Positions 15,601-28,500 of a stretch of 64,000 nucleotides of DNA are shown piece by piece. The notes below the pieces were generated by a model, which ran no database searches, was not told the DNA's origin, and saw only the letters and a list, made by a program, of their open reading frames with translations. The DNA comes from Auanema rhodensis (Eukaryota; Animalia; Nematoda). Where the stretch lies: NCBI GenBank assembly GCA_964057225.1, contig OZ059899.1, positions 20,336,001 to 20,400,000 of the forward strand, given 5' to 3'. The stretch's first letter is position 1, and each line of letters starts with the position of its first letter. Made by a program: the position numbers and the translations under genes.

Positions 15601-17424
15601 CCCCATGTCCATATTAGTCTAAAAACAAATTTTTATCGATATTGGTGCATGGTAACCATGACTTTGAAATTTACGTGAACTTTATTTTATGCTACATAAA
15701 TGTACACGTGGTGTTCACTCGGTATGTATCTCGCTTCACGTGAAAGAAAAAGAGATGCGGTTTCCAAAATTAGATTCCCCATGTCCATATTAGTCTAAAA
15801 ACAGTTTTTTACTGATATTGGTGCATGGTAACCATGACTTTGAAATTTACGTGAACTTTAATTTATGCTAATTAAATGTACACGTGGTGTGCACTCAGTA
15901 TGTAACTCGCTTCACGTGAAAGATAAACAGATGCGGTTTTTAAAATTAGATTCCCCATGTCCATATTAGTCTGAAAACAATTTTTCACTGATATTGGTGC
16001 ATGGTAACCATGACTTTGAAATTTACGTGAACTTTAATTTATGCTAATTAAATGTACACGTGGTGTGCACTCGGTATATAACTCGCTTCACGTGAAAGAT
16101 AAAGAGATGCGGTTTTTAAAATTAGATTCCCCATGTCCATATTAGTCTGAAAACAATTTTTTACTGATATTGGTGCATGGTAACCATGACTTTGAAATTT
16201 ACGTGAACTTTAATTTATGCTAATTAAATGTACACGTGGTGTGCACTCGGTATATAACTCGCTTCACGTGAAAGATAAAGAGATGCGGTTTTTAAAATTA
16301 GATTCCCCATGTCCATATTAGTCTGAAAACAATTTTTTACTGATATTGGTGCATGGTAACCATGACTTTGAAATTTACGTGAACTTTAATTTATGCTAAT
16401 TAAATGTACAAGTGATGTGCACTTGGTATGTAACTCGCTTCACGTGAAAGATAAGGAGATGCGGTTTTCACAATTAGATTCCCCATGTCTATATTAGTCT
16501 AAAAACAAATTTTCATTGATATTGGTGCATGGTAACCATGACTTTGAAATCTACGTGAACTTTAATTTATGCTAATTAAATGTACACGTGATGTGCACTT
16601 GGTATGTAACTCGCTTCACGTGAAAGATAAAGAGATGCGGTTTTCAAAATTAGATTCCCCATGTCCATATTAGTCTAAAAACAAATTTTTATTGATATTG
16701 GTGCATGGTAACCATGACTTTGAAATTTACGTGAACTTTAATTTATGCTAATTAAATGTACACGTGGTGTGCACTCCGTATGTAACTCGCTTCACGTGAA
16801 AGATAAAGAGATGCGGTTTTTAAAATTAGATTCCCCATGTCCATATTAGTCTGAAAACAATTTTTCACTGATATTGGTGCATGGTAACCATGACTTTGAA
16901 ATTTACGTGAACTTTAATTTATGCTAATTAAATGTACAAGTGATGTGCACTTGGTATGTAACTCGCTTTACGTGAAAGATAAGGAGATGCGGTTTTCACA
17001 ATTAGATTCCCCATGTCCATATTAGTCTAAAAACAAATTTTTATTGATATTGGTGCATGGTAACCATGACTTTGAAATTTACGTGAACTTCAATTTATGC
17101 TAATTAAATGTACACGCGGTGTGCACTTGGTATGTAACTCGCTTCACGTGAAAGATAAAGAGATGCGGTTTTAAAAATTAGATTCCCCATGTCCATATTA
17201 GTCTAAAAACAGTTTTTTACTGATATTGGTGCATGGTAACCATGATTTTGAAATTTACGTGAACTTTAATTTATGCTAATTAAATGTACACGTGGTGTGC
17301 ACTCGGTATGTAACTCGCTTCACGTGAAAGATAAAGAGATGCGGTTAACAAAATTAGATTTCCTATGTCCATATTAGTCTAAAAACAAATTTTTATTGAT
17401 ATTGGTTCATGGTAACCATGACTT
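9681..17424. repeat. Higher-order repeat of Satellite A: three tandem copies of a 14-monomer (2464-bp) unit; the first copy has 2 extra monomers (2816 bp)
   Basis: Rare marker 'gtgttcactc' (tcactc at 10435, 13251, 15715) and marker 'atgtctatat' (11205, 14021, 16485) both give spacings of 2816 (16x176) and 2464 (14x176). The order of variant monomers is the same in each copy. Confidence 0.9.
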
Positions 17425-19712
17425 TGAAATTTACGTGAACTTTAATTTATGCTAATTAAATGTACACGTGGTGTGCACTCCGTATGTAACTCGCTTCACG
17501 TGAAAGATAAGGAGATGCGGTTTTCACAATTAGATTCCCCATGTCCATATTAGTCTGAAAACAAATTTTTATTGATATTGGTGCATGGTAACCATGACTT
17601 TGAAATTTACGTGAACTTCAATTTATGCTAATTAAATGTACACGCGGTGTGCACTTGGTATGTAACTCGCTTCACGTGAAAGATAAAGAGATGCGGTTTT
17701 AAAAATTAGATTCCCCATGTCCATATTAGTCTAAAAACAGTTTTTTACTGATATTGGTGCATGGTAACCATGATTTTGAAATTTACGTGAACTTTAATTT
17801 ATGCTAATTAAATGTACACGTGGTGTGCACTCGGTATGTAACTCGCTTCACGTGAAAGATAAAGAGATGCGGTTAACAAAATTAGATTTCCTATGTCCAT
17901 ATTAGTCTAAAAACAAATTTTTATTGATATTGGTTCATGGTAACCATGACTTTGAAATTTACGTGAACTTTAATTTATGCTAATTAAATGTACACGTGGT
18001 GTGCACTCGGTATGTAACTCGCTTCACGTGAAAGATAAAAAGATGCGGTTTTCAAAATTTGATTCCTCATGTCCATATTAGTCTAAAAACAAATTTTTAT
18101 TGATATTGGTGCATGGTAACCATGACTTTGAAATTTACGTGAACTTTAATTTATGCTAATTAAATGTACACGTGATGTGCACTTGGTATGTAACTCGCTT
18201 CACGTGAAAGATAAAGAGATGCAGTTCTCAAAATTAGATTCCCCATGTCCATATTAGTCTAGAAACAAATTTTTATTGATATTGGTGCATGGTAACCATG
18301 ACTTTAAAATTTACGTGAACTTTAATTTATGCTAATCAAATGTACACGTGATGTGCACTTGGTATGTAACTCGCTCCACGTGAAAGATAAAGAGATGCAG
18401 TTCTCAAAATTAGATTCCCCATGTCCATATTAGTCTAAAAACAGTTTTTTACTGATATTGGTGCATGGTAACCATGACTTTGAAATTTACGAGAACTTTA
18501 ATTTATGCTAATTAAATGTACACGCGGTGTGCACTTGGTATGTAACTCGCTTCACGTGAAAGATAAAGAGATGCGGTTTTAAAAATTAGATTCCCCATGT
18601 CCATATTAGTCTAAAAACAGTTTTTTACTGATATTGGTGCATGGTAACCATGATTTTGAAATTTACGTGAACTTTAATTTATGCTAATTAAATGTACACG
18701 TGGTGTGCACTCGGTATGTAACTCGCTTCACGTGAAAGATAAAGAGATGCGGTTAACAAAATTAGATTTCCTATGTCCATATTAGTCTAAAAACAAATTT
18801 TTATTGATATTGGTGCATGGTAACCATGATTTTGAAATTTACGTGAACTTTAATTTATGCTAATTAAATGTACACATGGTGTGCACTCGGTATGTAACTC
18901 GCTTCACGTGAAAGATAAAGAGATGCGGTTTTCAAAATTAGATTCCCCATGTCCATATTAGTCTAAAAACAAATTTTTATTGATATTGGTGCATGGTAAC
19001 CATGACTTTGAAATTTACGTGAACTTTATTTTATGCTACATAAATGTACACGTGGTGTGCACTCGGTATGTATCTCGCTTCACGTGAAAGATAAAGAGAT
19101 GCGGTTTCCAAAATTAGATTCCCCATGTCCATATTAGTCTAAAAACAGTTTTTTACTGATATTGGTGCATGGTAACCATGATTTTGAAATTTACGTGAAC
19201 TTTATTTTATGCTACATAAATGTACACGTGGTGTGCACTCGGTATGTATCTCGCTTCACGTGAAAGATAAAGAGATGCGGTTTTCAAAATTAGATTCCCC
19301 ATATCCATATTAGTCTAAAAACAAATTTTTATCGATATTGGTGCATGGTAACCATGACTTTGAAATTTACGTGAACTTTATTTTATGCTACATAAATGTA
19401 CACGTGGTGTGCACTCGGTATGTATCTCGCTTCACGTGAAAGATAAAGAGATGCGGTTTTTAAAATTAGATTCCCCATGTCCATATTAGTCTGAAAACAA
19501 TTTTTTACTGATATTGGTGCATGGTAACCATGACTTTGAAATTTACGTGAACTTTAATTTATGCTAATTAAATGTACAAGTGATGTGCACTTGGTATGTA
19601 ACTCGCTTCACGTGAAAGATAAGGAGATGCGGTTTCCAAAATTAGATTCCCCATGTCCATATTAGTCTAAAAACAGTTTTTTACTGATATTGGTGCATGG
19701 TAACCATGATTT

Positions 19713-22528
19713 TGAAATTTACGTGAACTTTATTTTATGCTACATAAATGTACACGTGATGTGCACTTGGTATGTAACTCGCTTCACGTGAAAGATAAAG
19801 AGATGCAGTTCTCAAAATTAGATTCCCCATGTCCATATTAGTCTAAAAACAAATTTTTATTGATATTGGTGCATGGTAACCATGATTTTGAAATTTACGT
19901 GAACTTTAATTTATGCTAATTAAATGTACACGTGGTGTGCACTCCGTATGTAACTCGCTTCACGTGAAAGATAAAGAGATGCGGTTTTTAAAATTAGATT
20001 CCCCATGTCCATATTAGTCTGAAAACAATTTTTTACTGATATTGGTGCATGGTAACCATGACTTTGAAATTTACGTGAACTTTAATTTATGCTAATTAAA
20101 TGTACAAGTGATGTGCACTTGGTATGTAACTCGCTTCACGTGAAAGATAAGGAGATGCGGTTTTCACAATTAGATTCCCCATGTCCATATTAGTCTAAAA
20201 ACAAATTTTTATTGATATTGGTGCATGGTAACCATGACTTTGAAATTTACGTGAACTTCAATTTATGCTAATTAAATGTACACGCGGTGTGCACTTGGTA
20301 TGTAACTCGCTTCACGTGAAAGATAAAGAGATGCGGTTTTAAAAATTAGATTCCCCATGTCCATATTATTCTAAAAACAGTTTTTTACTGATATTGGTGC
20401 ATGGTAACCATGATTTTGAAATTTACGTGAACTTTAATTTATGCTAATTAAATGTACACGTGGTGTGCACTCGGTATGTAACTCGCTTCACGTGAAAGAT
20501 AAAGAGATGCGGTTAACAAAACTAGATTTCCTATGTCTATATTAGTCTAAAAACAAATTTTTATTGATATTGGTTCATGGTAACCATGACTTTGAAATTT
20601 ACGTGAACTTTAATTTATGCTAATTAAATGTACACGTGATGTGCACTTGGTATGTAACTTGCTTCACGTGAAAGATAAAGAGATGAGGTTTTCAAAATTA
20701 GATTCCCCATGTCCATATTAGTCTTAAAACAAATTTTTATTGATATTGGTGCATGGTAACCATGACTTTGAAATTTACGTGAACTTTAATTTATGCTAAT
20801 TTAATGTACACGTGATGTGCACTTGGTATGTAACTTGCTTCACGTGAAAGATAAAGAGATGCGGTTTTCAAAATTAGATTCCCCATGTCCATATTAGTCT
20901 TAAAACACATTTTTATTGATATTGGTGCATGGTAACCATGACTTTGAAATTTACGTGAACTTTAATTTATGCTAATTAAATGTACACGTGGTGTGCACCC
21001 GGTATGTAACTCGCTTCACGTGAAAGATAAAGAGATGAGGTTTTCCCAATTAGATTCCCCATGTCCATATTAGTCTAAAAACAAATTTTTATCGATATTG
21101 GTGTATGGTAACCATGACTTTGAAATTTACGTGAACTTTATTTTATGCTACATAAATGTACACGTGGTGTGCACTCGGTATGTATCTCGCTTCACGTGAA
21201 AGAAAAAGAGATGCGGTTTCCAAAATTAGATTCCCCATGTCCATATTAGTCTAAAAACAGTTTTTTACTGATATTGGTGCATGGTAACCATGATTTTGAA
21301 ATTTACGTGAACTTTAATTTATGCTAATTAAATGTACACGTGGTGTGCACTCGGTATGTAACTCGCTTCACGTGAAAGATAAACAGATGCGGTTAACAAA
21401 ATTAGATTTCCTATGTCCATATTAGTCTAAAAACAAATTTTTATTGATATTGGTTCATGGTAACCATGACTTTGAAATTTACGTGAACTTTAATTTATGC
21501 TAATTAAATGTACACGTGATGTGCACTTGGTATGTAACTTGCTTCACGTGAAAGATAAAGAGATGCGGTTTTCAAACTTAGATTCCCCATGTCCATATTA
21601 GTCTTAAAACAAATTTTTATTGATATTGGTGCATGGTAACGATGACTTTGAAATTTACGTGAACTTTAATTTATGCTAATTAAATGTACACGTGATGTGC
21701 ACTTGGTATGTAACTTGCTTCACGTGAAAGATAAAGAGATGCGGTTTTCAAAATTAGATTCCCCATGTCCATATTAGTCTTAAAACAAATTTTTATCGAT
21801 ATTGGTGCATGGTAACCATGACTTTGAAATTTACGTGAACTTTATTTTATGCTACATAAATGTACACGTGGTGTGCACTCGGTATGTATCTCGCTTCACG
21901 TGAAAGAAAAACAGATGCGGTTTCCAAAATTAGATTCCCCATGTCCATATTAGTCTAAAAACAGTTTTTTACTGATATTGGTGCATGGTAACCATGATTT
22001 TGAAATTTACGTGAACTTTAATTTATGCTAATTAAATGTACACATGGTGTGCACTCGGTATGTAACTCGCTTCACGTGAAAGATAAAGAGATGCGGTTTT
22101 CAAAATTAGATTCCCCATGTCCATATTAGTCTAAAAACAAATTTTTATTGATATTGGTGCATGGTAACCATGACTTTGAATTTTACGTGAACTTTAATTT
22201 ATGCTAATTAAACGTACACGTGGTGTGCACTCGGTATGTAACTCGCTTCACGTGAAAGATAAAGAGATGCGGTTTTCAAAAATAGATTCCCCATGTCCAT
22301 ATTAGTCTAAAAACAAATTTTTATTGATATTGGTGCATGGTAACCATGACTTTGAATTTTACGTGAACTTTAATTTATGCTAATTAAATGTACACGTGGT
22401 GTGCACTCGGTATGTAACTCGCTGCACGTGAAAGATAAAGAGATGCGGTTTTTAAAATTAGACTCCCCATGTCCATATTAGTCTAAAAACAAATTTTTAT
22501 TGATATTGGTGCATGGTAACCATGACTT
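19713..22528. repeat. Satellite A long-range duplicated block (copy 2, three monomers shorter than copy 1)
   Basis: Carries the same private SNP markers as 1233-4576. The offset changes from 105 to 102 monomers within the block. Confidence 0.85.
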
Positions 22529-25500
22529 TGAAATTTACGTGAACTTTAATTTATGCTAATTAAATGTACACGTGGTGTGCACTCGGTATGTAACTCGCTT
22601 CACGTGAAAGATAAGGAGATGCGGTTTTCACAATTAGATTCCCCATGTCCATATTAGTCTAAAAACAAATTTTTATTGATATTGGTGCATGGTAACCATG
22701 ACTTTGAAATCTACGTGAACTTTAATTTATGCTAATTAAATGTACACGTGATGTGCACTTGGTATGTAACTCGCTTCACGTGAAAGATAAAGAGATGCGG
22801 TTTTCAAAATTAGATTCCCCATGTCCATATTAGTCTAAAAACAAATTTTTATTGATATTGGTGCATGGTAACCATGACTTTGAAATTTACGTGAACTTTA
22901 ATTTATGCTAATTAAATGTACACGTGGTGTGCACTCCGTATGTAACTCGCTTCACGTGAAAGATAAAGAGATGCGGTTTTTAAAATTAGATTCCCCATGT
23001 CCATATTAGTCTGAAAACAATTTTTTACTGATATTGGTGCATGGTAACCATGACTTTGAAATTTACGTGAACTTTAATTTATGCTAATTAAATGTACAAG
23101 TGATGTGCACTTGGTATGTAACTCGCTTCACGTGAAAGATAAGGAGATGCGGTTTCCACAATTAGATTCCCCATGTCCATTTTAGTCTAAAAACAAATTT
23201 TTATTGATATTGGTGCATGGTAACCATGACTTTGAAATTTTCGTGAACTTCAATTTATGCTAATTAAATGTACACGCGGTGTGCACTTGGTATGTAACTC
23301 GCTTCACGTGAAAGATAAAGAGATGCGGTTTTAAAAATTAGATTCCCCATGTCCATATTAGTCTAAAAACAGTTTTTTACTGATATTGGTGCATGGTAAC
23401 CATGATTTTGAAATTTACGTGAACTTTAATTTATGCTAATTAAATGTACACGTGGTGTGCACTCGGTATGTAACTCGCTTCACGTGAAAGATAAAGAGAT
23501 GCGGTTAACAAAATTAGATTTCCTATGTTCATATTAGTCTAAAAACAAATTTTTATTGATATTGGTTCATGGTAACCATGACTTTGAAATTTACGTGAAC
23601 TTTAATTTATGCTAATTAAATGTACACGTGGTGTGCACTCGGTATGTAACTCGCTTCACGTGAAAGATAAAAAGATGCGGTTTTCAAAATTTGATTCCTC
23701 ATGTCCATATTAGTCTAAAAACAAATTTTTATTGATATTGGTGCATGGTAACCATGACTTTGAAATTTACGTGAACTTTAATTTATGCTAATTAAATGTA
23801 CACGTGATGTGCACTTGGTATGTAACTCGCTTCACGTGAAAGATAAAGAGATGCAGTTCTCAAAATTAGATTCCCCATGTCCATATTAGTCTAGAAACAA
23901 ATTTTTATTGATATTGGTGCATGGTAACCATGACTTTGAAATTTACGTGAACTTTAATTTATGCTAATTAAATGTACACGTGATGTGCACTTGGTATGTA
24001 ACTTGCTTCACGTGAAAGATAAAGAGATGCGGTTTTCAAAATTAGATTCTTCATGTCCATATTAGTCTTAAAACAAATTTTCATTGATATTGGTGCATGG
24101 TAACCATGACTTTGAAATTTACGTGAACTTTAATTTATGCTAATTAAATGTAAACGTGGTGTGCACTCGGTATGTATCTCGCTTCACGTGAAAGATAAAG
24201 AGATGCGGTTTCCAAAATTAGATTCCCCATGTCCATATTAGTCTAAAAACAGTTTTTTACTGATATTGGTGCATGGTAACCATGATTTTGAAATTTACGT
24301 GAACTTTAATTTATGCTAATTAAATGTACACATGGTGTGCACTCGGTATGTAACTCGCTTCACGTGAAAGATAAAGAGATGCGGTTTTCGAAATTAGATT
24401 CCCCATGTCCATATTAGTCTAAAAACAAATTTTTATTGATATTGGTGCATGGTAACCATGACTTTGAAATTTACGTGAACTTTAATTTATGCTAATTAAA
24501 TGTACACGTGGTGTGCACTCCGTATGTAACTCGCTTCACGTGAAAGATAAAGAGATGCGGTTTTTAAAATTAGATTCCCCATGTCCATATTAGTCTGAAA
24601 ACAATTTTTTACTGATATTGGTGCATGGTAACCATGACTTTGAAATTTACGTGAACTTTAATTTATGCTAATTAAATGTACAAGTGATGAGCACTTGGTA
24701 TGTAACTCGCTTCACGTGAAAGATAAGGAGATGCGGTTTCCACAATTAGATTCCCCATGTCCATTTGAGTCTAAAAACAAATTTTTATTGATATTGGTGC
24801 ATGGTAACCATGACTTTGAAATTTTCGTGAACTTCAATTTATGCTAATTAAATGTACACGCGGTGTGCACTTGGTATGTAACTCGCTTCACGTGAAAGAT
24901 AAAGAGATGCGGTTTTAAAAATTAGATTCCCCATGTCCATATTAGTCTAAAAACAGTTTTTTACTGATATTGGTGCATGGTAACCATGATTTTGAAATTT
25001 ACGTGAACTTTAATTTATGCTAATTAAATGTACACGTGGTGTGCACTCGGTATGTAACTCGCTTCACGTGAAAGATAAAGAGATGCGGTTAACAAAATTA
25101 GATTTCCTATGTTCATATTAGTCTAAAAACAAATTTTTATTGATATTGGTTCATGGTAACCATGACTTTGAAATTTACGTGAACTTTAATTTATGCTAAT
25201 TAAATGTACACGTGGTGTGCACTCGGTATGTAACTCGCTTCACGTGAAAGATAAAAAGATGCGGTTTTCAAAATTTGATTCCTCATGTCCATATTAGTCT
25301 AAAAACAAATTTTTATTGATATTGGTGCATGTTAACCATGACTTTGAAATTTACGTGAACTTTAATTTATGCTAATTAAATGTACACGTGATGTGCACTT
25401 GGTATGTAACTTGCTTCACGTGAAAGATAAAGAGATGCGGTTTTCAAAATTAGATTCCCCATATCCATATTAGTCTTAAAACAAATTTTTATTGATATTG

Positions 25501-28500
25501 GTGCATGGTAACCATGATTTTGAAATTTACGTGAACTTTAATTTATGCTAATTAAATGTACACGTGATGTGCACTTGGTATGTAACTTGCTTCACGTGAA
25601 AGATAAAGAGATGCGGTTTTCAAAATTAGATTCCCCATATCCATATTAGTCTAAAAACAAATTTTTATTGATATTGGTGCATGGTAACCATGATTTTGAA
25701 ATTTACGTGAACTTTAATTTATGCTAATTAAATGTACACATGGTGTGCACTCGGTATGTAACTCGCTTCACGTGAAAGATAAAGAGATGCGGTTTTCGAA
25801 ATTAGATTCCCCATGTCCATATTAGTCTAAAAACAAATTTTTATTGATATTGGTGCATGGTAACCATGACTTTGAAATTTACGTGAACTTTAATTTATGC
25901 TAATTAAATGTACACGTGATGTGCACTTGGTATGTAACTCGCTTCACGTGAAAGATAAAGAGATGCAGTTCTCAAAATTAGATTCCCCATGTCCATATTA
26001 GTCTAAAAACAAATTTTTATTGATATTGGTGCATGGTAACCATGACTTTGAAATTTACGTGAACTTTAATTTATGCTAATTAAATGTACACGTGATGTGC
26101 ACTTGGTATGTAACTTGCTTCACGTGAAAGATAAAGAGATGCGGTTTTCAAAATTAGATTCCCCATGTCCATATTAGTCTAAAAACAAATTTTTATCGAT
26201 ATTGGTGCATGGTAACCATGACTTTGAAATTTACGTGAACTTTATTTTATGCTACATAAATGTACACGTGGTGTGCACTCGGTATGTATCTCGCTTCACG
26301 TGAAAGATAAAGAGATGCGGTTTCCAAAATTAGATTCCCCATGTCCATATTAGTCTAAAAACAGTTTTTTACTGATATTGGTGCATGGTAACCATGATTT
26401 TGAAATTTACGTGAACTTTAATTTATTCTAATTAAATGTACACATGGTGTGCACTCGGTATGTAACTCGCTTCACGTGAAAGATAAAGAGATGCGGTTTT
26501 CAAAATTAGATTCCCCATGTCCATATTAGTCTAAAAACAAATTTTTATTGATATTGGTGCATGGTAACCATGACTTTGAAATTTACGTGAACTTTAATTT
26601 ATGCTAATTAAATGTACACGTGATGTGCACTTGGTATGTAACTTGCTTCACGTGAAAGATAAAGAGATGCGGTTTTCAAAATTAGATTCCCCATATCCAT
26701 ATTAGTCTTAAAACAAATTTTTATTGATATTGGTGCATGGTAACCATGACTTTGAAATTTACGTGAACTTTATTTTATGCTACATAAATGTACACGTGGT
26801 GTGCACTCGGTATGTATCTCGCTTCACGTGAAAGATAAAGAGATGCGGTTTCCAAAATTAGATTCCCCATGTCCATATTAGTCTAAAAACAGTTTTTTAC
26901 TGATATTGGTGCATGGTAACCATGATTTTGAAATTTACGTGAACTTTAATTTATGCTAATTAAATGTACACGTGATGTGCACTTGGTATGTAACTTGCTT
27001 CACGTGAAAGATAAAGAGATGCGGTTTTCAAAATTAGATTCCCCATGTCCATATTAGTCTAAAAACAAATTTTTATTGATATTGGTGCATGGTAACCATG
27101 ACTTTGAAATTTACGTGAACTTTATTTTATGCTACATAAATGTACACGTGGTGTGCACTCGGTATGTATCTCGCTTCACGTGAAAGATAAAGAGATGCGG
27201 TTTCCAAAATTAGATTCCCCATGTCCATATTAGTCTAAAAACAGTTTTTTACTGATATTGGTGCATGGTAACCATGATTTTGAAATTTACGTGAACTTTA
27301 ATTTATGCTAATTAAATGTACACATGGTGTGCACTCGGTATGTAACTCGCTTCACGTGAAAGATAAAGAGATGCGGTTTTCAAAATTAGATTCCCCATGT
27401 CCATATTAGTCTAAAAACAAATTTTTATTGATATTGGTGCATGGTAACCATGACTTTGAAATTTACGTGAACTTTATTTTATGCTACATAAATGTACACG
27501 TGGTGTGCACTCGGTATGTATCTCGCTTCACGTGAAAGATAAAGAGATGCGGTTTCCAAAATTAGATTCCCCATGTCCATATTAGTCTAAAAACAAATTT
27601 TTATCGATATTGGTGCATGGTAACCATGACTTTGAAATTTACGTGAACTTTATTTTATGCTACATAAATGTACACGTGGTGTGCACTCGGTATGTATCTC
27701 GCTTCACGTGAAAGATAAAGAGATGCGGTTTTCGAAATTAGATTCCCCATGTCCATATTAGTCTAAAAACAAATTTTTATTGATATTGGTGCATGGTAAC
27801 CATGACTTTGAAATTTACGTGAACTTTAATTTATGCTAATTAAATGTACACATGGTGTGCACTCGGTATGTAACTCGCTTCACGTGAAAGATAAAGAGAT
27901 GCGGTTTTCGAAATTAGATTCCCCATGTCCATATTAGTCTAAAAACAAATTTTTATTGATATTGGTGCATGGTAACCATGACTTTGAAATTTACGTGAAC
28001 TTTAATTTATGCTAATTAAATGTACACGTGATGTGCACTTGGTATGTAACTCGCTTCACGTGAAAGATAAGGAGATGCAGTTCTCAAAATTAGATTCCCC
28101 ATGTCCATATTAGTCTAAAAACAAATTTTTATTGATATTGGTGCATGGTAACCATGACTTTGAAATTTACGTGAACTTTAATTTATGCTAATTAAATGTA
28201 CACGTGATGTGCACTTGGTATGTAACTTGCTTCACGTGAAAGATAAAGAGATGCGGTTTTCAAAATTAGATTCCCCATGTCCATATTAGTCTTAAAACAA
28301 ATTTTTATTGATATTGGTGCATGGTAACCATGACTTTGAAATTTACGTGAACTTTAATTTATGCTAATTAAATGTACACGTGATGTGCACTTGGTGTGTA
28401 ACTTGCTTCACGTGAAAGATAAAGAGATGCGGTTTTCAAAATTAGATTCCCCATGTCCATATTAGTCTTCAAACAAATTTTTATTGATATTGGTGCATGG

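Noticed and set aside
24665-24847. 60-aa ORF in Satellite A
   Set aside because: It spans about one monomer and is open only because local SNPs removed a stop (tttgagt for attagt). No gene context or recognisable domain.
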